Positions 51,588-64,000 are shown, counted from the stretch's first letter. The stretch is DNA of 64,000 nucleotides from Xylographa opegraphella (GCA_022813865.1 JALDZX010000008.1:62001-126000); one strand, 5' to 3'. Notes: a model not told the origin generated them from the letters alone. Translations and numbers: made by a program.

Positions 51588-52316
51588 ATGCAGCCAATCT
51601 TGCATTCCGAGCCGCGAGGCGGCCCGCTCTGCAAGATCTGGCGCACTCACGGCCCCGGAGCCAGCCGACGACGCGCCGAAATGAACGAGCTCCTCGAGTC
51701 GAGCAACGTCCGCTACCGCGGCGACCCAGCGATCCTCTACAACCGCAAAGCGGACGTCGAAGAGGCCCTCGACGCCTACGACAACAGGGTCTCAGCCCGC
51801 CACCACGCCGCACACGCACGCCGCGAACGACGCCTGCGCGAGCTCGAAGACCGCGAGCGCGAGGAGGAGCTCATGGCCGAGCAAGACGCCTACGACCGCG
51901 AACTCGACCACTACCACCAGCAGTACAGCGCCTACCAGAGCGGTTTCGCGCACGGCGGCTATGGCGCCTACTCCGACGGCTACGGCCGCGGCCGCTTGGA
52001 CGGCTACGACGACGGCTACGGCGTCGGCTACAGCGACAGTTATAATGATTACTACGACGGCTACGACGATGGCTGGGACGCCCGCTCCGATGATGGCTAT
52101 GGCCGCGAGGAGGATGCCTACTGGGGCGGCTGGAAGGATCGCGCGACGCACCGCGGACGGCGGGCGGGTCGGCGAGCGAAGCGCTCCGGGGCCAAGGCGG
52201 GGAGAGCGTCCAGTGTGCCGTCGGGCTGGGGGCGGATTACGTGGGATTATGAGAGGAGGGGGGTGCCGAATGGGTGGGTGGGCGGGTTTGCGGAGACGAT
52301 TTACGATGGGGATTAG
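51588..52316 (+). CDS. Hypothetical protein with coiled-coil and Gly/Tyr/Asp-rich repeats
   Basis: 242-aa GC-rich ORF with CACCATG context, pyrimidine-rich leader and strong C/G third-position bias. Confidence 0.65.
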   Translation: MQPILHSEPRGGPLCKIWRTHGPGASRRRAEMNELLESSNVRYRGDPAILYNRKADVEEALDAYDNRVSARHHAAHARRERRLRELEDREREEELMAEQDAYDRELDHYHQQYSAYQSGFAHGGYGAYSDGYGRGRLDGYDDGYGVGYSDSYNDYYDGYDDGWDARSDDGYGREEDAYWGGWKDRATHRGRRAGRRAKRSGAKAGRASSVPSGWGRITWDYERRGVPNGWVGGFAETIYDGD

Positions 52317-52607
52317 TTGTATGTGGTCTTGGCGTGGTTTGGTTCAAGGTCTTTGGTGGGTTTTGCGTCAGGGTCTGGCATTGCTCGGACGCGAAGTTCT
52401 CAGGAGCGGGAAAGAGAGCTTGGCGCTGAGATGGAGTACCTTTGCTAGCTTGCCTTTTGTATTGTAGAGCGAATACTACGTAGGTAGGGTAGTATGCTAG
52501 ATTTAGGAAGCGAATACTACTACTACTACTACTGCTCCGTACCTTATGCGAGATCGCACAGCACACAAGTCCCCCCACCCCAACCAACCAAGATCCCACG
52601 GCAAAGC

Positions 52608-54293
52608 TCACACCTTATAAAAGCAAAACGCATGATAAAAGCCCACGGCCTCGAGCTCCTCATCCGACAAGCGCAGCGGCCCCTCGGCGGCAGCTTGGAC
52701 CTGCATGCGCACGCTCAGCGGGCCGAGGACGGAATGGCGGCGCTCCTCGGCCCAGACGTCGGCGAAGGGCCGGCGGTACTGCAGCTCGAGGTTGTAGTCC
52801 TCCGCCAGCGCGCGGAAGGCCTCCCACGGCACCACGTACTCAGGCACCTCCTCCACCGCCTCCGCCATGAAGTAGCTGTACTTCCACCCGAACGGCGGCC
52901 GGAAGACGCCGTCCGCCGGCGTCGCGCCCGGGAAGCGCACGCGGTAGATGCTGTTGCCCCATTCGGGCACGGGCGCGTCGGGCGTGGTGGCGGCAGGGGC
53001 GCTGTCCTTGGGGTTGGGGGGCGCTTCGTCTGTGTGCTCGCGAGTCGCCGCCTCCTTTGTCGTGGTGGTGGTGGTGGCAGCGGCGGCCTGCGCCTGGTGA
53101 AAGGCCTCGACCTTGGCGCGCAGCACGTCCGAGTTCGGGATCACGCCGATGAGGCGGCCGCCCTTCTTCAGCGCGCCCGCCACGTTGCGCAGCATGCCGC
53201 GCGCCTTGGCCTCGCTCTCGAACGCGTAGTGCATGCAGAACATCATCGTGACAACGTCGAAGCCGCCGCCGCCCCACCGCACGCTGCCCCCGCCGCCGGG
53301 GCCCACGCTGCCGTCGATACCGACCTCCCGCACCAGCGGGATGTCTCCGATCCACTGGCCGTAGCCGTCCGCGGCGTAGAACTCGCCCTGGAAGATCCTC
53401 GTGTTCCCGCCGGCCCGGCCGCGCATCTCGGCGTATCGGTTCCGCGCCTGCTCGATCGACACCTCCGCCGGGTCGATCCCCACGTACAGCTCGACTCTTT
53501 GCGGCGCTTTCGCCCATTTGCCGAGATCGCCCCCTTTCCCGCATCCGATGTCTAGCACCAATATGCCCTTCCCTGGGTCCCTCCCTCCGGGAACGAACCC
53601 CTCGTTCGGTGAAAACTTCTGTATCAGAGTGCTCTTGACCCAATTGTTGTAGTTTCTTAACCCCTTGATGCGGCTTCCTGTCTGGCGCCAGTCGCGGCCT
53701 CGCTGGGGGACAGCATTGTAGTGCTGCCGGACGACATCGTGCACGCCACGTGTAGCGGCAACTGCCTGTGCGGTGGAGATCTGGTCTGCTTCTCGTTCGA
53801 TCTGCCGGTGGCGGAGGGCTTCCTTTTCGGCGGCAGCGATGCGGGAGGCTGCGCCGGGGCGTTTGCGCTCGCGAGGCGGAGATCGAGGCGGAGGGGTGGG
53901 CGATCTACGGCTGGGAGGCGGTGATTTTCGGAGCTTGGTTGGCGTTCGATCCTTCGAGTGTGGGGAGCGCTGGCGCTGGCGGGGGGGTGGAGGTGAGCGG
54001 CGGGCAGGGGCTAGCTTGATGCGTTTGTGAGAGCTTCCTGATGGGGAGGCCGCGCGTTTTCGGGATGTAGGAGGTGATGATGCATGGTCAGCTCGTTCGG
54101 GCTGAGTCGGAGGTGGAATTTCAGAAGGAGAGGCCGCTCGTTTGCGCGACTGTCGTTGAGATGACTCGTCCTTTGGAGCGGCGGTGGTGGGCTTGGCTTC
54201 CGTTGAGACATCGGTTAGTTGTGCTGGGTTCTCTTCTTCTGGTGCTGGTGCTTCGGCTGACGCGGTGAAGGTGTCACGAGCAGGATCGTACAT
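52608..54293 (-). CDS. ABD1: mRNA cap guanine-N7 methyltransferase
   Basis: VRQHYN, LRNYNNWVKSTLI, VLDIGCGKGGDLGKW, MFCMHYAFESE, VPEYVVPW, FYHAFCFYKV. Confidence 0.95.
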   Translation of the reverse strand: MYDPARDTFTASAEAPAPEEENPAQLTDVSTEAKPTTAAPKDESSQRQSRKRAASPSEIPPPTQPERADHASSPPTSRKRAASPSGSSHKRIKLAPARRSPPPPRQRQRSPHSKDRTPTKLRKSPPPSRRSPTPPPRSPPRERKRPGAASRIAAAEKEALRHRQIEREADQISTAQAVAATRGVHDVVRQHYNAVPQRGRDWRQTGSRIKGLRNYNNWVKSTLIQKFSPNEGFVPGGRDPGKGILVLDIGCGKGGDLGKWAKAPQRVELYVGIDPAEVSIEQARNRYAEMRGRAGGNTRIFQGEFYAADGYGQWIGDIPLVREVGIDGSVGPGGGGSVRWGGGGFDVVTMMFCMHYAFESEAKARGMLRNVAGALKKGGRLIGVIPNSDVLRAKVEAFHQAQAAAATTTTTTKEAATREHTDEAPPNPKDSAPAATTPDAPVPEWGNSIYRVRFPGATPADGVFRPPFGWKYSYFMAEAVEEVPEYVVPWEAFRALAEDYNLELQYRRPFADVWAEERRHSVLGPLSVRMQVQAAAEGPLRLSDEELEAVGFYHAFCFYKV

Positions 54294-55323
54294 GATACTG
54301 CCGAGTGGAGGTTACTGGAATTGAAGGTGAAATATATTGTCAAAGAGACATGGTTCACTTCGACCGACTTTTTGATCTCGAATAAAGCTTACTAGTCTAC
54401 TGTTTTGGTTCTAGCGCGGTGGACGTTGTGATTGGCTGAATTGGATATGGATGGCTTGGCTGTCTGACTTCAATGTGAACATTATTAAACAGTGGAGCTG
54501 GGTGACTGATCACACGAGCGACATTGTACTTGTTGTCTTTAGTGTTGCAGACCGTGATACTTGGTATCGTGTGAGCTAATGCTCGAAAGCTTCTCAATAG
54601 AATGCGATCTACTGCAGGGTATATAAATCGAGTGACGGCAAATGCCATTTACCGATTCACATCTGGATGCTCGTAGGAGAACGCCACCTATAGTGAAGTT
54701 CAGGGGCTTTATTACATTTCATATATTTCTTTGCTGTTTGGAAGAAAGACAAGCCAATTATCGGTTATACTCTAGAACTATGATAAGTCTGGTTCTATTA
54801 CAAATCCCTTACTACAACCTGTCATGAATAACCTACCTTTAAGTATCTGGCTAGAGTTGGTGATATGGTGGGTATATTTTAGGCTTATGTATATATACGT
54901 ACTACTGAATGTAGAAGATGCCTAGGTAGTTGAGGGGTTGGGGAATACGAAGCTCTACGCTTGTATATTCTACTGGTCTATACGTAAACAATCGTGACTG
55001 ATGTTGGATCACGGTACGGAGCATGGAATAACGCAAATCCCGGGCATCAACGTCGTACAATCATAGAGAATGTCGATCTTCCTGAATTTCGTCTGTTTCA
55101 TAGATCACTCCAACAATCTTGACAACGAGGAAGTCAGACGACTAGCTAACATATTTTGGAACAATTGCAAGCGAGTCATAAATCATGTAGTCGTCAATAC
55201 AGGCATGTTTCCTTATTTCCGTTTAATGATATTCACTCTGATTTGGTGGCAACAGCCATGAATCCCAAACCGATCGTGATTTCTGGCATGGCAAACAAAA
55301 CATCAAAACCCCCAAACAGTCGT

Positions 55324-56292
55324 TCAGTAGAACCCACCGCCACCCATACCCATGCCGCCCATGCCCATTCCGCCCATACCCATACCCATACCTCCGTATC
55401 CGAGCCCACCCCCCATCATGTCTCCCAACAGTAGACCTCCCATGAGTCCTCCCGCCAGAGGCAGTCCATATCCACCGCCATAGCCGCGGCCATATGGTCT
55501 CGAGTAGCCATAGTTGGGCCTTACGAAAGTAGCATTATGGTTGGCGTATGGACCTTGGGTATAGGGATTGTAGCCTCGTGCACCTTGTGGCATTTCCACT
55601 CCGTTAGGAGGTTCGATGTAGACCTCCTTTCCATTCTTGTCCTTCCCAATCAGCTGAGGCTGACCGGTCTCGGCAGCCTTCTGCATTGCTCGACGGATCA
55701 TTTGATGGCGTTCGTAGGTCTCCCGTTCTTGCTTCTCACGTTCACGTCGCTGTGCTTCTCGCTGCTCGTGAGTCGTACCTGTGAGCTTGTCCTTCATCTT
55801 TCGGCCGAACTTCGAGGCGCCAGTGTCTGGGCGCGGGCTTCTTGGTGGTAGCTCTTGATTGACGCGCCCGCCACTTGCGGGTCCAGCAGTATTTTTACCA
55901 TGGTGGCTGGCGAAAGCGCCTTCGTCGTCGCTACTCTCCGCGGCAACGTCGGCATCAGAAGGCATTGGGTGATGGAGATTCTGAATTCTCTCTCGTTCTT
56001 TGGGGTCCAATGTATTGAGGTATTGTTCATCGTCATAAGGATGGTGCCAGATCGACTTTGGGGGCTTTGCGTTTGTGTCCACGAAGAATTGGTGGGACGT
56101 TTTAGGGTCAAACTGTCTCACCCACCCTTGTGGCAGCGGACGACCTTCATCCTCCATACTGCGACGGCTCATGGGAGGTATGCCATTTCGAGCCCTGAAT
56201 TGGGGAGCACTCCCTGAGGGATCCCCGGAGTTGTTAGACCTACTGGTAGAGCTGGAAGCTACGGCCTCGTCGTAGGCTGGTGGGGGATCCAT
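55324..56292 (-). CDS. WW-domain protein (Wwm1-like) with a Gly/Met-rich tail
   Basis: PLPQGWVRQFD..FFVDT...SIWHHP WW domain; N-terminal PPPAY; C-terminal GGLMGGLLLGDMMGG and GMG repeats. Confidence 0.85.
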   Translation of the reverse strand: MDPPPAYDEAVASSSTSRSNNSGDPSGSAPQFRARNGIPPMSRRSMEDEGRPLPQGWVRQFDPKTSHQFFVDTNAKPPKSIWHHPYDDEQYLNTLDPKERERIQNLHHPMPSDADVAAESSDDEGAFASHHGKNTAGPASGGRVNQELPPRSPRPDTGASKFGRKMKDKLTGTTHEQREAQRREREKQERETYERHQMIRRAMQKAAETGQPQLIGKDKNGKEVYIEPPNGVEMPQGARGYNPYTQGPYANHNATFVRPNYGYSRPYGRGYGGGYGLPLAGGLMGGLLLGDMMGGGLGYGGMGMGMGGMGMGGMGMGGGGFY

Positions 56293-57423
56293 TGCGAGAG
56301 ACTCAGATAGTGGGGGTGTTTGTCTGCTGTTTGCTGTTGTTGGGCGATAGTAGTAGAGTGTGGTTGAAGGAGGAGAGATGTGAGTGAAACCTAGATAGTC
56401 TTACTCGCAAATACGATCTCGAATTCGGTGATAGCTGCAGGAGTTGAAGATGCAAGCCAAGGAAGTGAAGGTGAGAGTTGCTTGGCGTCTGCGATGCTCG
56501 TCGATTCGCCTTCAGGCGAGCAACCTTGACGTCATCAATGCAATCAGGCGTCTCCAGGTCGAGGCTGCACGGCAAGCTCATAGTAGCGTTGTAAACCAGG
56601 CTTAAAGTACCTAGGTAAGCTATCGGTAGCAATAAAGGAAGCTTGAGGAGATCCTGCTCTTGGTCGACATGAGCTGTGTAGAGGTGTAATTCGGGCCGTC
56701 ACAGGCGGCCACGATGATGAAGTCAAGGCCCACGCACTATAAGCAAGAATATTTTTATTTTACTCTAATGGATTCCTACCACTCCGTATCTACTCAGTCT
56801 CAAGCGGATGAATTCTGATACATAAAACACCAATCATCAGACTGTATATGAGCCTCGGTTCCTGTATGTCAGATATCCCCACATCGTGACGGGGGGAAAC
56901 CTGGAGTGGATCTACAGTAGATATAGTGCGGCCGCTTGTGCCTTCGTCATGGCAAGCATGCTTGCGCCATAGCAGCTTTGATTGGCTGGAATGTAGCACA
57001 TACAACTCTACTTCCATATCATCCTCGAATGTCTCGACTTTATCACTATCCTCCCTCGGATCCACGGTTATGTGATCACTGAATTCATCTTCACAGCTCC
57101 TCGTCCAGATCATATCGAGAATCGCAAGTCATCCGCTTATCAAAGCATCTACTACAACAGTCTTGCTCGGATTTCGCCACTTTCAGAGAGCACAGTCACG
57201 TCGCAGAGCATTTCAGAAGCCAATTCAGCTGTCTACAGACTCTGTAAAGTAAAGTGATAGCGAGTTTCCGACACCTATCAGAGCTTCCATCCCCAGTCCC
57301 TTGTCGCTCAGTCGACCCTTCCCTCCATCAAGCACCTTTAAAAACGCCGCAGCCCTTCGAGGTTACAGCGAGGTGCGCTTCTTGGAGTGACGGGGAGACT
57401 TCCTGTTGCTCCTTGTTCGTCTT

Positions 57424-60400
57424 ATGAGTACTTACCTCTGGAAATATTATCTCGAAGATGACATCGACAACTTTCGACAGTTGCTGGCAGGTGCCAACTA
57501 CAGCGCGGCGACGCATACAAGAGGACACGGAGCTGGGGGAATCGTTATCGGAAGTCCTGGCAAAACACTGGCGACATCCCCAACTTTGCGCAATAAACCC
57601 ACAAAGACCAACAAGGCTTCTACAAGTGTGACCCTCACAAGGGCGGACATCAATGCGAGAGATGCTCATGGCGTTACTCTACTGCATCATATTGCCTCGT
57701 CTTCTGTGGAGGACGTTTCTTGCTTCGCACTTGCTTTCGTTGGATTACCGTTACTCGATCTTTACGTACAGGATGCAGAAAGTGGCTGGACTGCGCTTCA
57801 TCGCGCGTTGTACTTTGGCAATGTTACAATTGCGCGTGCACTGATGGATCGTGATCGTCGAGATGCTACAGATTTTAGCAAAATCAATGGCAGTCACAAC
57901 GTGGGTGGCTTGATAAAGATCAAGGATAGAGAGGGAAATAGTCCCTTTGACGTCTTTGGTGCTTCTATTACAAACAGGATACTGCGTCATAGCGGCAATC
58001 AAACTACTTTAGGGGGCGATAATGTTGTTGAAGACGATGATGGACCACAAGATGATGGAGGCGATATAGAAGACAGGAATCGCAATCGGCTTATCACACC
58101 ACGAGTTTCCGTCGATGGTGACGAGCTTTTCATGTTTGGAAGTAACAAGAACTTGACACTTGGTTTTGGTGATGGGGACGATCGTCAATTCCCGGAGCGT
58201 ATTGTACTCAAGAGGCCCGAGCATCTTTTGCACCGACTCTCTACCGAGCATCGCCAGTCTCGTGGGCACTCTCGCAGTCCTGGGTCACCTCAGCAGGAAG
58301 AACTGGCAACTATAGGAAAAGACCATATTCCAGCTCTTGTGAAATTCCGACCTATCAACATCTTGGATATTCAGCTAGCGAAGCTTCACACCGCGGTTCT
58401 CACTACAGATCCTGAGGCCAACCTTTTCGTTTGTGGCTTTGGCCCTGGCGGTCGACTTGGCACAGGCGATGAATCGACTAGATTCAACTTTACCTGTATC
58501 TATGGTGGCTCTCTTTTGAACAAGAAGATTATCAACATCGGACTCGGACAGAATCATACGATTGCTGTCTCCAGCCATGGTGAAGTCTTCACCTGGGGCA
58601 ATAATGGGTTCGGGCAACTGGGATATACCCTTCCAACTTCGAACCTCAAGGATGAAGACCCAATTCAACTTCTGCCAAGACAAATATTTGGGCCGCTCAA
58701 GCGCGAAGTAATTCTCGGAGCTGCTGCTTCTCGCATACACTCAGTAGTTTATTCCAGCAATTCGCTGTATACATTTGGGAAGAATGATGGTCAGCTTGGG
58801 CTGGTTGATTCAGATGCAAGGTCCCTTGAAATACAAACCATACCACGAAAAGTTGCCGCTTCGCTGTTCTCATCCTCGATTTGTATGGTATCTGCTATTG
58901 ACAAAGCCACTGTGTGTCTACTAGAAAATCGTGATGTATGGGTTTTTGCGAATTATGGTTGGAAGAAAGTGATATTCCCATTAGACGGATTCTCCAATTA
59001 CTTCTTGAAGAATAGCTACTCTAGCACAAAGTATGATGGAGCGCCGAATCATATCACAAAGATAAGTTCCGGTGGCGACACAATATGCGCAATGGCAAAG
59101 TCAGGCGATGTCTTTACAATGACCGTCAGTCATAGCATTGACTCGTCTCTAGCCACAAGCTCAACAACGAATCCGGCTAAGATTCGTGGTGCATTGTCCA
59201 CGCCACAGCGCATCTGGTCGCTCCGCAAAAGCCACATGGCAGTAAGAGACGTCGATGTGGGTCAAGACGGCTCGGTCATTATCTGTACGGAGTCGGGTTC
59301 TGTTTGGAAGCGTGTAAAAAGAGCCAAAATCAAGGAGGCTGTGACTGCTCTTGGAACCACAGATTACAAACCCAAAGACTACAAGTTCTCTAGAATACCA
59401 GGCTTGACTAGGATTACCGCTGTGAGAAGCAATACATTTGGTGCCTTTGCTGCTGCACGACGAGATACCGATGTCTTGAGGACTCAAGTTGAAGTTGCCA
59501 GCAATACTCTGTGGAAAGACCTCTTCCCGCTGTTGCCTTTTCATATATTATCTAGCCAAGAGGATTCCGACACTGAAGAGCCAGCGCCACGGTTCTGGAC
59601 GCCGCGATTGAAATCAAATGACCCCGCGTCAATACGCCGTGCTATATTAACATCGAAGAATTTGGAAGAGGATATCAGTGCCATTATTGACAATCATGAG
59701 TATCATGAAAGTGCCGCTTACGACGTAAAGATAGGCACAACGAGTTGCGACATCCGGATCCCTTGCCATGAGTTTATCCTAGCAGGCCGTAGCAAGACTC
59801 TGCGAAGATTACTGCAAAGCTTTCGTCGCTTGTATTACTCCACCATATCAGACGTGCTTACGATCGAGTATGATAAAGACGGCAATATCTTGATTCTCTT
59901 TCACGACCTTAACTTGCTCACCATCCTGAACTATGTCTTCTATGCCTATACGGATTCAGTGATCGACGTATGGCACCATACGCGCCATGTGCCACAGCTA
60001 GCATCTATATATAGGCAGGTACGTACAGAACTTATGAAGATGGCCGGTCACCTGGATATGCGGCGTCTGGAACAAGCTGCAAGGACGATGGTGGCTCCAG
60101 CAATGACTCTAAACCAAGACATGGAACTCGCTATCTGTGAGCCTGCTTACTTCGAGTTTGGTGACGTTGAAGTTGAGTTGCAAGGTACGAGTATAAAGGC
60201 ACACAGTGCTCTCATATGCCAGAGATGTCCATTTTTCGAAGGGTTGTTCCATGGTCGAGCTGGTGGCGGCTGGCTCTTCTCCCGGCGCGAGAATTTGCAG
60301 GAACCGCAAGAAGCAATTAAAGTTGACCTGAAGCACGTTGAGCTCAACATCTTCGAAATAGTGCTCAGACACATATATGCGGATACTGGAGAAGAGCTTT

Positions 60401-62421
60401 TCGACGATGTGGTGACTACCGACTTGAATACATTTCTTGATCTCATCATGGAAGTAATGGCAGTGGCGAACGAGCTTATGCTGGACCGACTTGCACAAAT
60501 ATGTCAGAAGTTACTTGGCCGCTTCGGTAAGTTGAGGATGACCCTCTGTATGAGAACACCTGGCTAATTTATATAGTCAATACACGAAACGTATGTCAAC
60601 TACTCAACGCTGTAGCACCATGTTCCGTGCCAGAATTCAAGGATGCAGCTTTGGAATATATTTGTCTCAACTTGGAAGGAATGCTTGAAAATCAGTACGC
60701 CAGTTCCGATTTGGGTACCCTCTTAGGTACGCTAACAAACTTCTAGCCTTATCGATGAACTCGATGATGATCTTATGCTTGAGTTGGACGCGGTCGTTCG
60801 ACAAAATCAACTTGCTTGCCTACCTTTCGCTAAAAGTGGAAGAGCAGAGTCTGATCTTCTCGAGCGTCACCCTGAACTTATTGAGCTGCTGCAGAGGGGC
60901 AAGCAAGTGAAGATCGATTCAATGGCTATTAAATCTCGACTGCATGAAGACGAGTTAAAGTTTTCAACCGCGGGCAGGATGAAAATCAGATTGGGTGGAG
61001 ATACGACACCATCGGCAAGCGATCTACTATTAGTGCTTGATTCGAGCAAGAGCAACTCAACAGACGGTCGGGGTCCCATGCTCAAATCCCGAACCTCTAC
61101 AACAGAACTGATGTTTGACATGGATGACGATCCTGAAACAGACGTTAAAGACCCAATGTCCCGAAACAGATTGCTGAGCACTACAGTCAACAGGGACAGA
61201 GACGATTACGACAACCAGTATCCACACACGCCCTCTTCAAGCTTACCCAACGAGAAGATGTGGTTTGACTCTAGGGGTAAGGCGCTTTCACCACCTGCGC
61301 AGGGCTTAACTCCTGGTTCTGTTACAGGTCTTGAGAGTTCCAGCCCGCTCGGCTATGGTAAAGAGAGTTTACGAATGTCAAGGATAAACGATGATAACAA
61401 GCCTCGAGAGGCTGAATTTTCAAATGATAATGGGCCTTGGAGAGGGGCGAGTTTCTCGTCCACTAAGCTCGACATGAAGGACATAATGGCTCAAACATCA
61501 GAAAACACGCAATCCCAATTGTCGTCCGCCCTATCTGGCCGACGCATTTCGGATGAAATGTTCAAGACAGGCGTAAGTACGAAGCTTTCACAGAAAGAGC
61601 GTAAGAAGCAGCTTCAACAGCAGCAATTACAAAACAAACTCACCCCTTCTTCCTCGGATTCCTTAATTCCGAGTTCATTGACTATGCAAGAGAAACCGAG
61701 CTCCCCGTGGCGAACAGCATCAACAGGGACCAAGGTCTCATTGAAAGACGTGCTCGAAAACGATAGGGAGAAGCGAAGTGAATCGCCCAGTAATATGGGA
61801 CGAACTGCGTCTAATCCATCGCTTACTCTTCGGCAAACGATCCCCGGGAGCGCACTTGCAGCAACCAAGCCTTCGGTCAAACAACCACACCGCCAAGCCT
61901 CTTTAGCTCAGCGGAGCATATCCTCACCCCCAGTGGTCACCGCAAAGCAAACGTCGACGTCATCCGAGCCGTTAGGACATTCCTCTCCCCGAGCTCTTCA
62001 GGCTCACACTCCCACTCCCGCAGGGCCTTCATCTGGTTCGATCATAGTCACTAAGTCGATCAGACACAACCCCGTACCGGTTGAACCATCGCTACAATTA
62101 TCCATGGCAGACATCCTGTCTCAACAACAAACCGAGAAGGACATCATCAAAGAAGCGGCGGCAAAACGTAGCCTGCAGGAAATTCAAGAGGAGCAAGCAT
62201 TCCAAGAATGGTGGAACCAAGAAGAAGCGGCCACTAAAGCGCGTTTGATCGAGGAGGAAGCCGCTGCAAAGACTACAGTGGGAAGTAACAGCAGGGGCGG
62301 CAAGTCCGGAAGAGCAGGCCGGGGTCGTGGTAGGGGAGGATCGACCCGAGGAAGGGGCCGAGGCGGCCGCGGAGGGCGCGAAGGACACGACAGTGCTGCT
62401 GGTTCAGCAACCGTTAGGTGA
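57424..62421 (+). CDS. Ankyrin + RCC1 + BTB/POZ protein (S. pombe Btb1 / IBTK-like Cul3 adaptor)
   Basis: ANK (DAHGVTLLH, ESGWTALHRALYFGN), RCC1 repeats (FGSNKNLTLG, GGRLGTGDE, WGNNGFGQLG), two BTB domains (CHEFILAGRS, AHSALICQRCPFF), LSQKERKK, SLQEIQEEQAFQEWW, RGG tail; introns ~60527-60576 and ~60695-60746. Confidence 0.9.
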
Positions 62422-62730
62422 ATAGAGTTGAAGTGGGCATTCCTCTTAGTGGTGGACTCATATACGTTGATTATAATACAGAGATATAGACTCCTTTTAC
62501 ATCTGGTCTCTTAACAACCATGTCAGTTTTTCGGCTCGCCCATGCTTCCTCGCTACTCTTCCATGCCCGCTTTGAGAATTCATGGTGCCCGCCAGACTCC
62601 GTTCAAGCGTTTCTCAGCAAGACGGCTTTCGTCGCTAGCTGCTATCCATCCGGGGCGTGCATAATACCGAGCATTCAACGTCCACTGCTCGACAGTCCTT
62701 TGCAAAGCTTCCACCTTCTCCAGTGTTTCA

Positions 62731-62806
62731 AGTAGTCTGTGGCAAGACCAGTAGTCTGTGGCAAGACCAGTAGTCTGTGGCAAGACCAGTAGTCTGTGGC
62801 AAGACC
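62731..62806. repeat. Perfect 19-bp minisatellite, 4 copies (AGTAGTCTGTGGCAAGACC)
   Basis: Four head-to-tail identical copies with no spacers. Confidence 0.95.
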
Positions 62807-62904
62807 CCCGACTAAAAATCTACAACGTGATACACTCCCAAATTTAGTAATAATGAGTCCTCCATTGTATATAAATAATCAATATAAACTACAGCTCTGC
62901 GCGA

Positions 62905-62989
62905 CACGGCTCCCTCGCGCCCCAGCATCCATCATGTGCTCGATATTGACCTTCGGCCCCTTGAACCATTTGTGCGCATCGATGGCGAA
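62905..62989 (-). pseudogene. Isolated C-terminal fragment of a GABA/amino-acid (APC) permease
   Basis: FAIDAHKWFKGPKVNIEHM followed, after a 4-bp duplication (CATCCATC, 62926-62933), by MLGREGAV in a shifted frame; no upstream TM domains visible. Confidence 0.55.
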
Positions 62990-64000
62990 TGAGAGGAGGT
63001 CGAAGCCCCTTGATAGTGAAATGCTCATCAGCCTGTCGCGCAACAAGGCTTCTGCATTGGCGGTAGTGGAGGCTATTTTATAAAGCCCAAACGCGCCAGT
63101 GATCTGCCTCAGTGTATGCAAACGTAGCTCCTGACCCCCGACAGCATCCCTTAACGACAGGCTGCGGGCCGATGTAGGATCTGAGCCGTGGGTGGAGGGC
63201 CCGAGAAGCCTGGAGTGTTCGCCAGCGCCGCTCGCTGGAATAATATAAGTGTGGTATATGCAGAAAGGCGATAGCAAGAGCGCCAAAAGACGCACGTGAG
63301 CCCAGCCAAATGATGACCCTATCACCCATATCAACACCACTCTGGCGAGAGGGACCCTGCCGTGTTAGGTCTGTTGCCGTCTCTCTGGAGATCATCGTTA
63401 CGAAGGCTATAGCTGCCTTGGCCGCTGTCCTGTGTATCTGCGTTGTGGAGTACTCCTCCCAGGGGGGATATAATAAGAGCTTCCGGTATTTTGTGTTCGG
63501 AAAGATATAAATTGCAAATTTGCTGGTCGGATCTATTTAGCTTCATGCACCATCGCCATTCTACGATGTGGCTGAGTTGGAACATGTATATTGATAAGCA
63601 GCGCTCTTCTTCCGTGCGGTCTTCTTCCGCGCTGGCTGGCGCTGCGACGCCCGGCTGCTGGAATGCGTTCCTAGTTGATTTTTTATATTGGGTGCTGTTG
63701 AGGCAATAATGTGAGATAGAGGCCGCGTTTCTGTGCAAAGACTGCTCTTCCTGAAACGGTGCTTACGAGACCTTCCTGTGAGAGGGATGTTCATATCCTA
63801 ATGGAAGAATGCAAGAGGATCTGTAAATCGGATCAAGGTAGCCGCAGTCCATAGCGGTTCCAATATTCGCAGAACAATTCAATGCAGTTTTGTCCTCTCA
63901 CGAACCGAGTGGTTCGATCCTGTCGTTCTCGACTGCAATACCTCCATTGTGGCACGGGGACTAGGCATAATGCCGTCCACGTAACAGCGAGCACAGATGA

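Noticed and set aside
52494..53643. Long overlapping or antisense ORFs (353 aa, 267 aa) over ABD1, and similar ones over MTAP and the racemase
   Set aside because: Expected shadow frames of very GC-rich coding DNA; no recognisable motifs.
62731..62806. CRISPR-like array
   Set aside because: Repeats are head-to-tail with no spacers, no cas genes are present, and the context is eukaryotic.
62879..63340. 153-aa ORF as a real gene
   Set aside because: Only about 20 residues look like a known family and these are frameshifted; treated as a fragment.

Overview
Eukaryotic, intron-containing DNA from a filamentous ascomycete (Pezizomycotina), judged from GT..ctaac/ctgac..AG introns and the gene families present. 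About 20 protein genes are supported. Housekeeping genes include a copper-fist transcription factor, Saf4/Yju2, MED7, Dbf4/nimO, a probable REC114, RSC9, ATG13, MTAP, a GIT1-like permease, ABD1, a WW protein and Btb1/IBTK. The main finding is an accessory block at about 18.8-30.1 kb encoding all three enzymes of the bacterial 'hydantoinase process': a D-carbamoylase-type nitrilase, a hydantoin racemase and a hydantoinase/dihydropyrimidinase. Two of these genes share a near-identical GATA-containing upstream module. A damaged kinase and an A-T-R NRPS-like reductase lie between the racemase and the hydantoinase. Also notable are a Pol III-type tRNA-headed RNA with box C/D motifs (16.1-16.3 kb), a 58-aa myristoylation-type basic micro-protein absent from the ORF track, and a decayed gene-fragment zone at the right end. 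All family assignments come from motif recognition by eye; no database searches were run.
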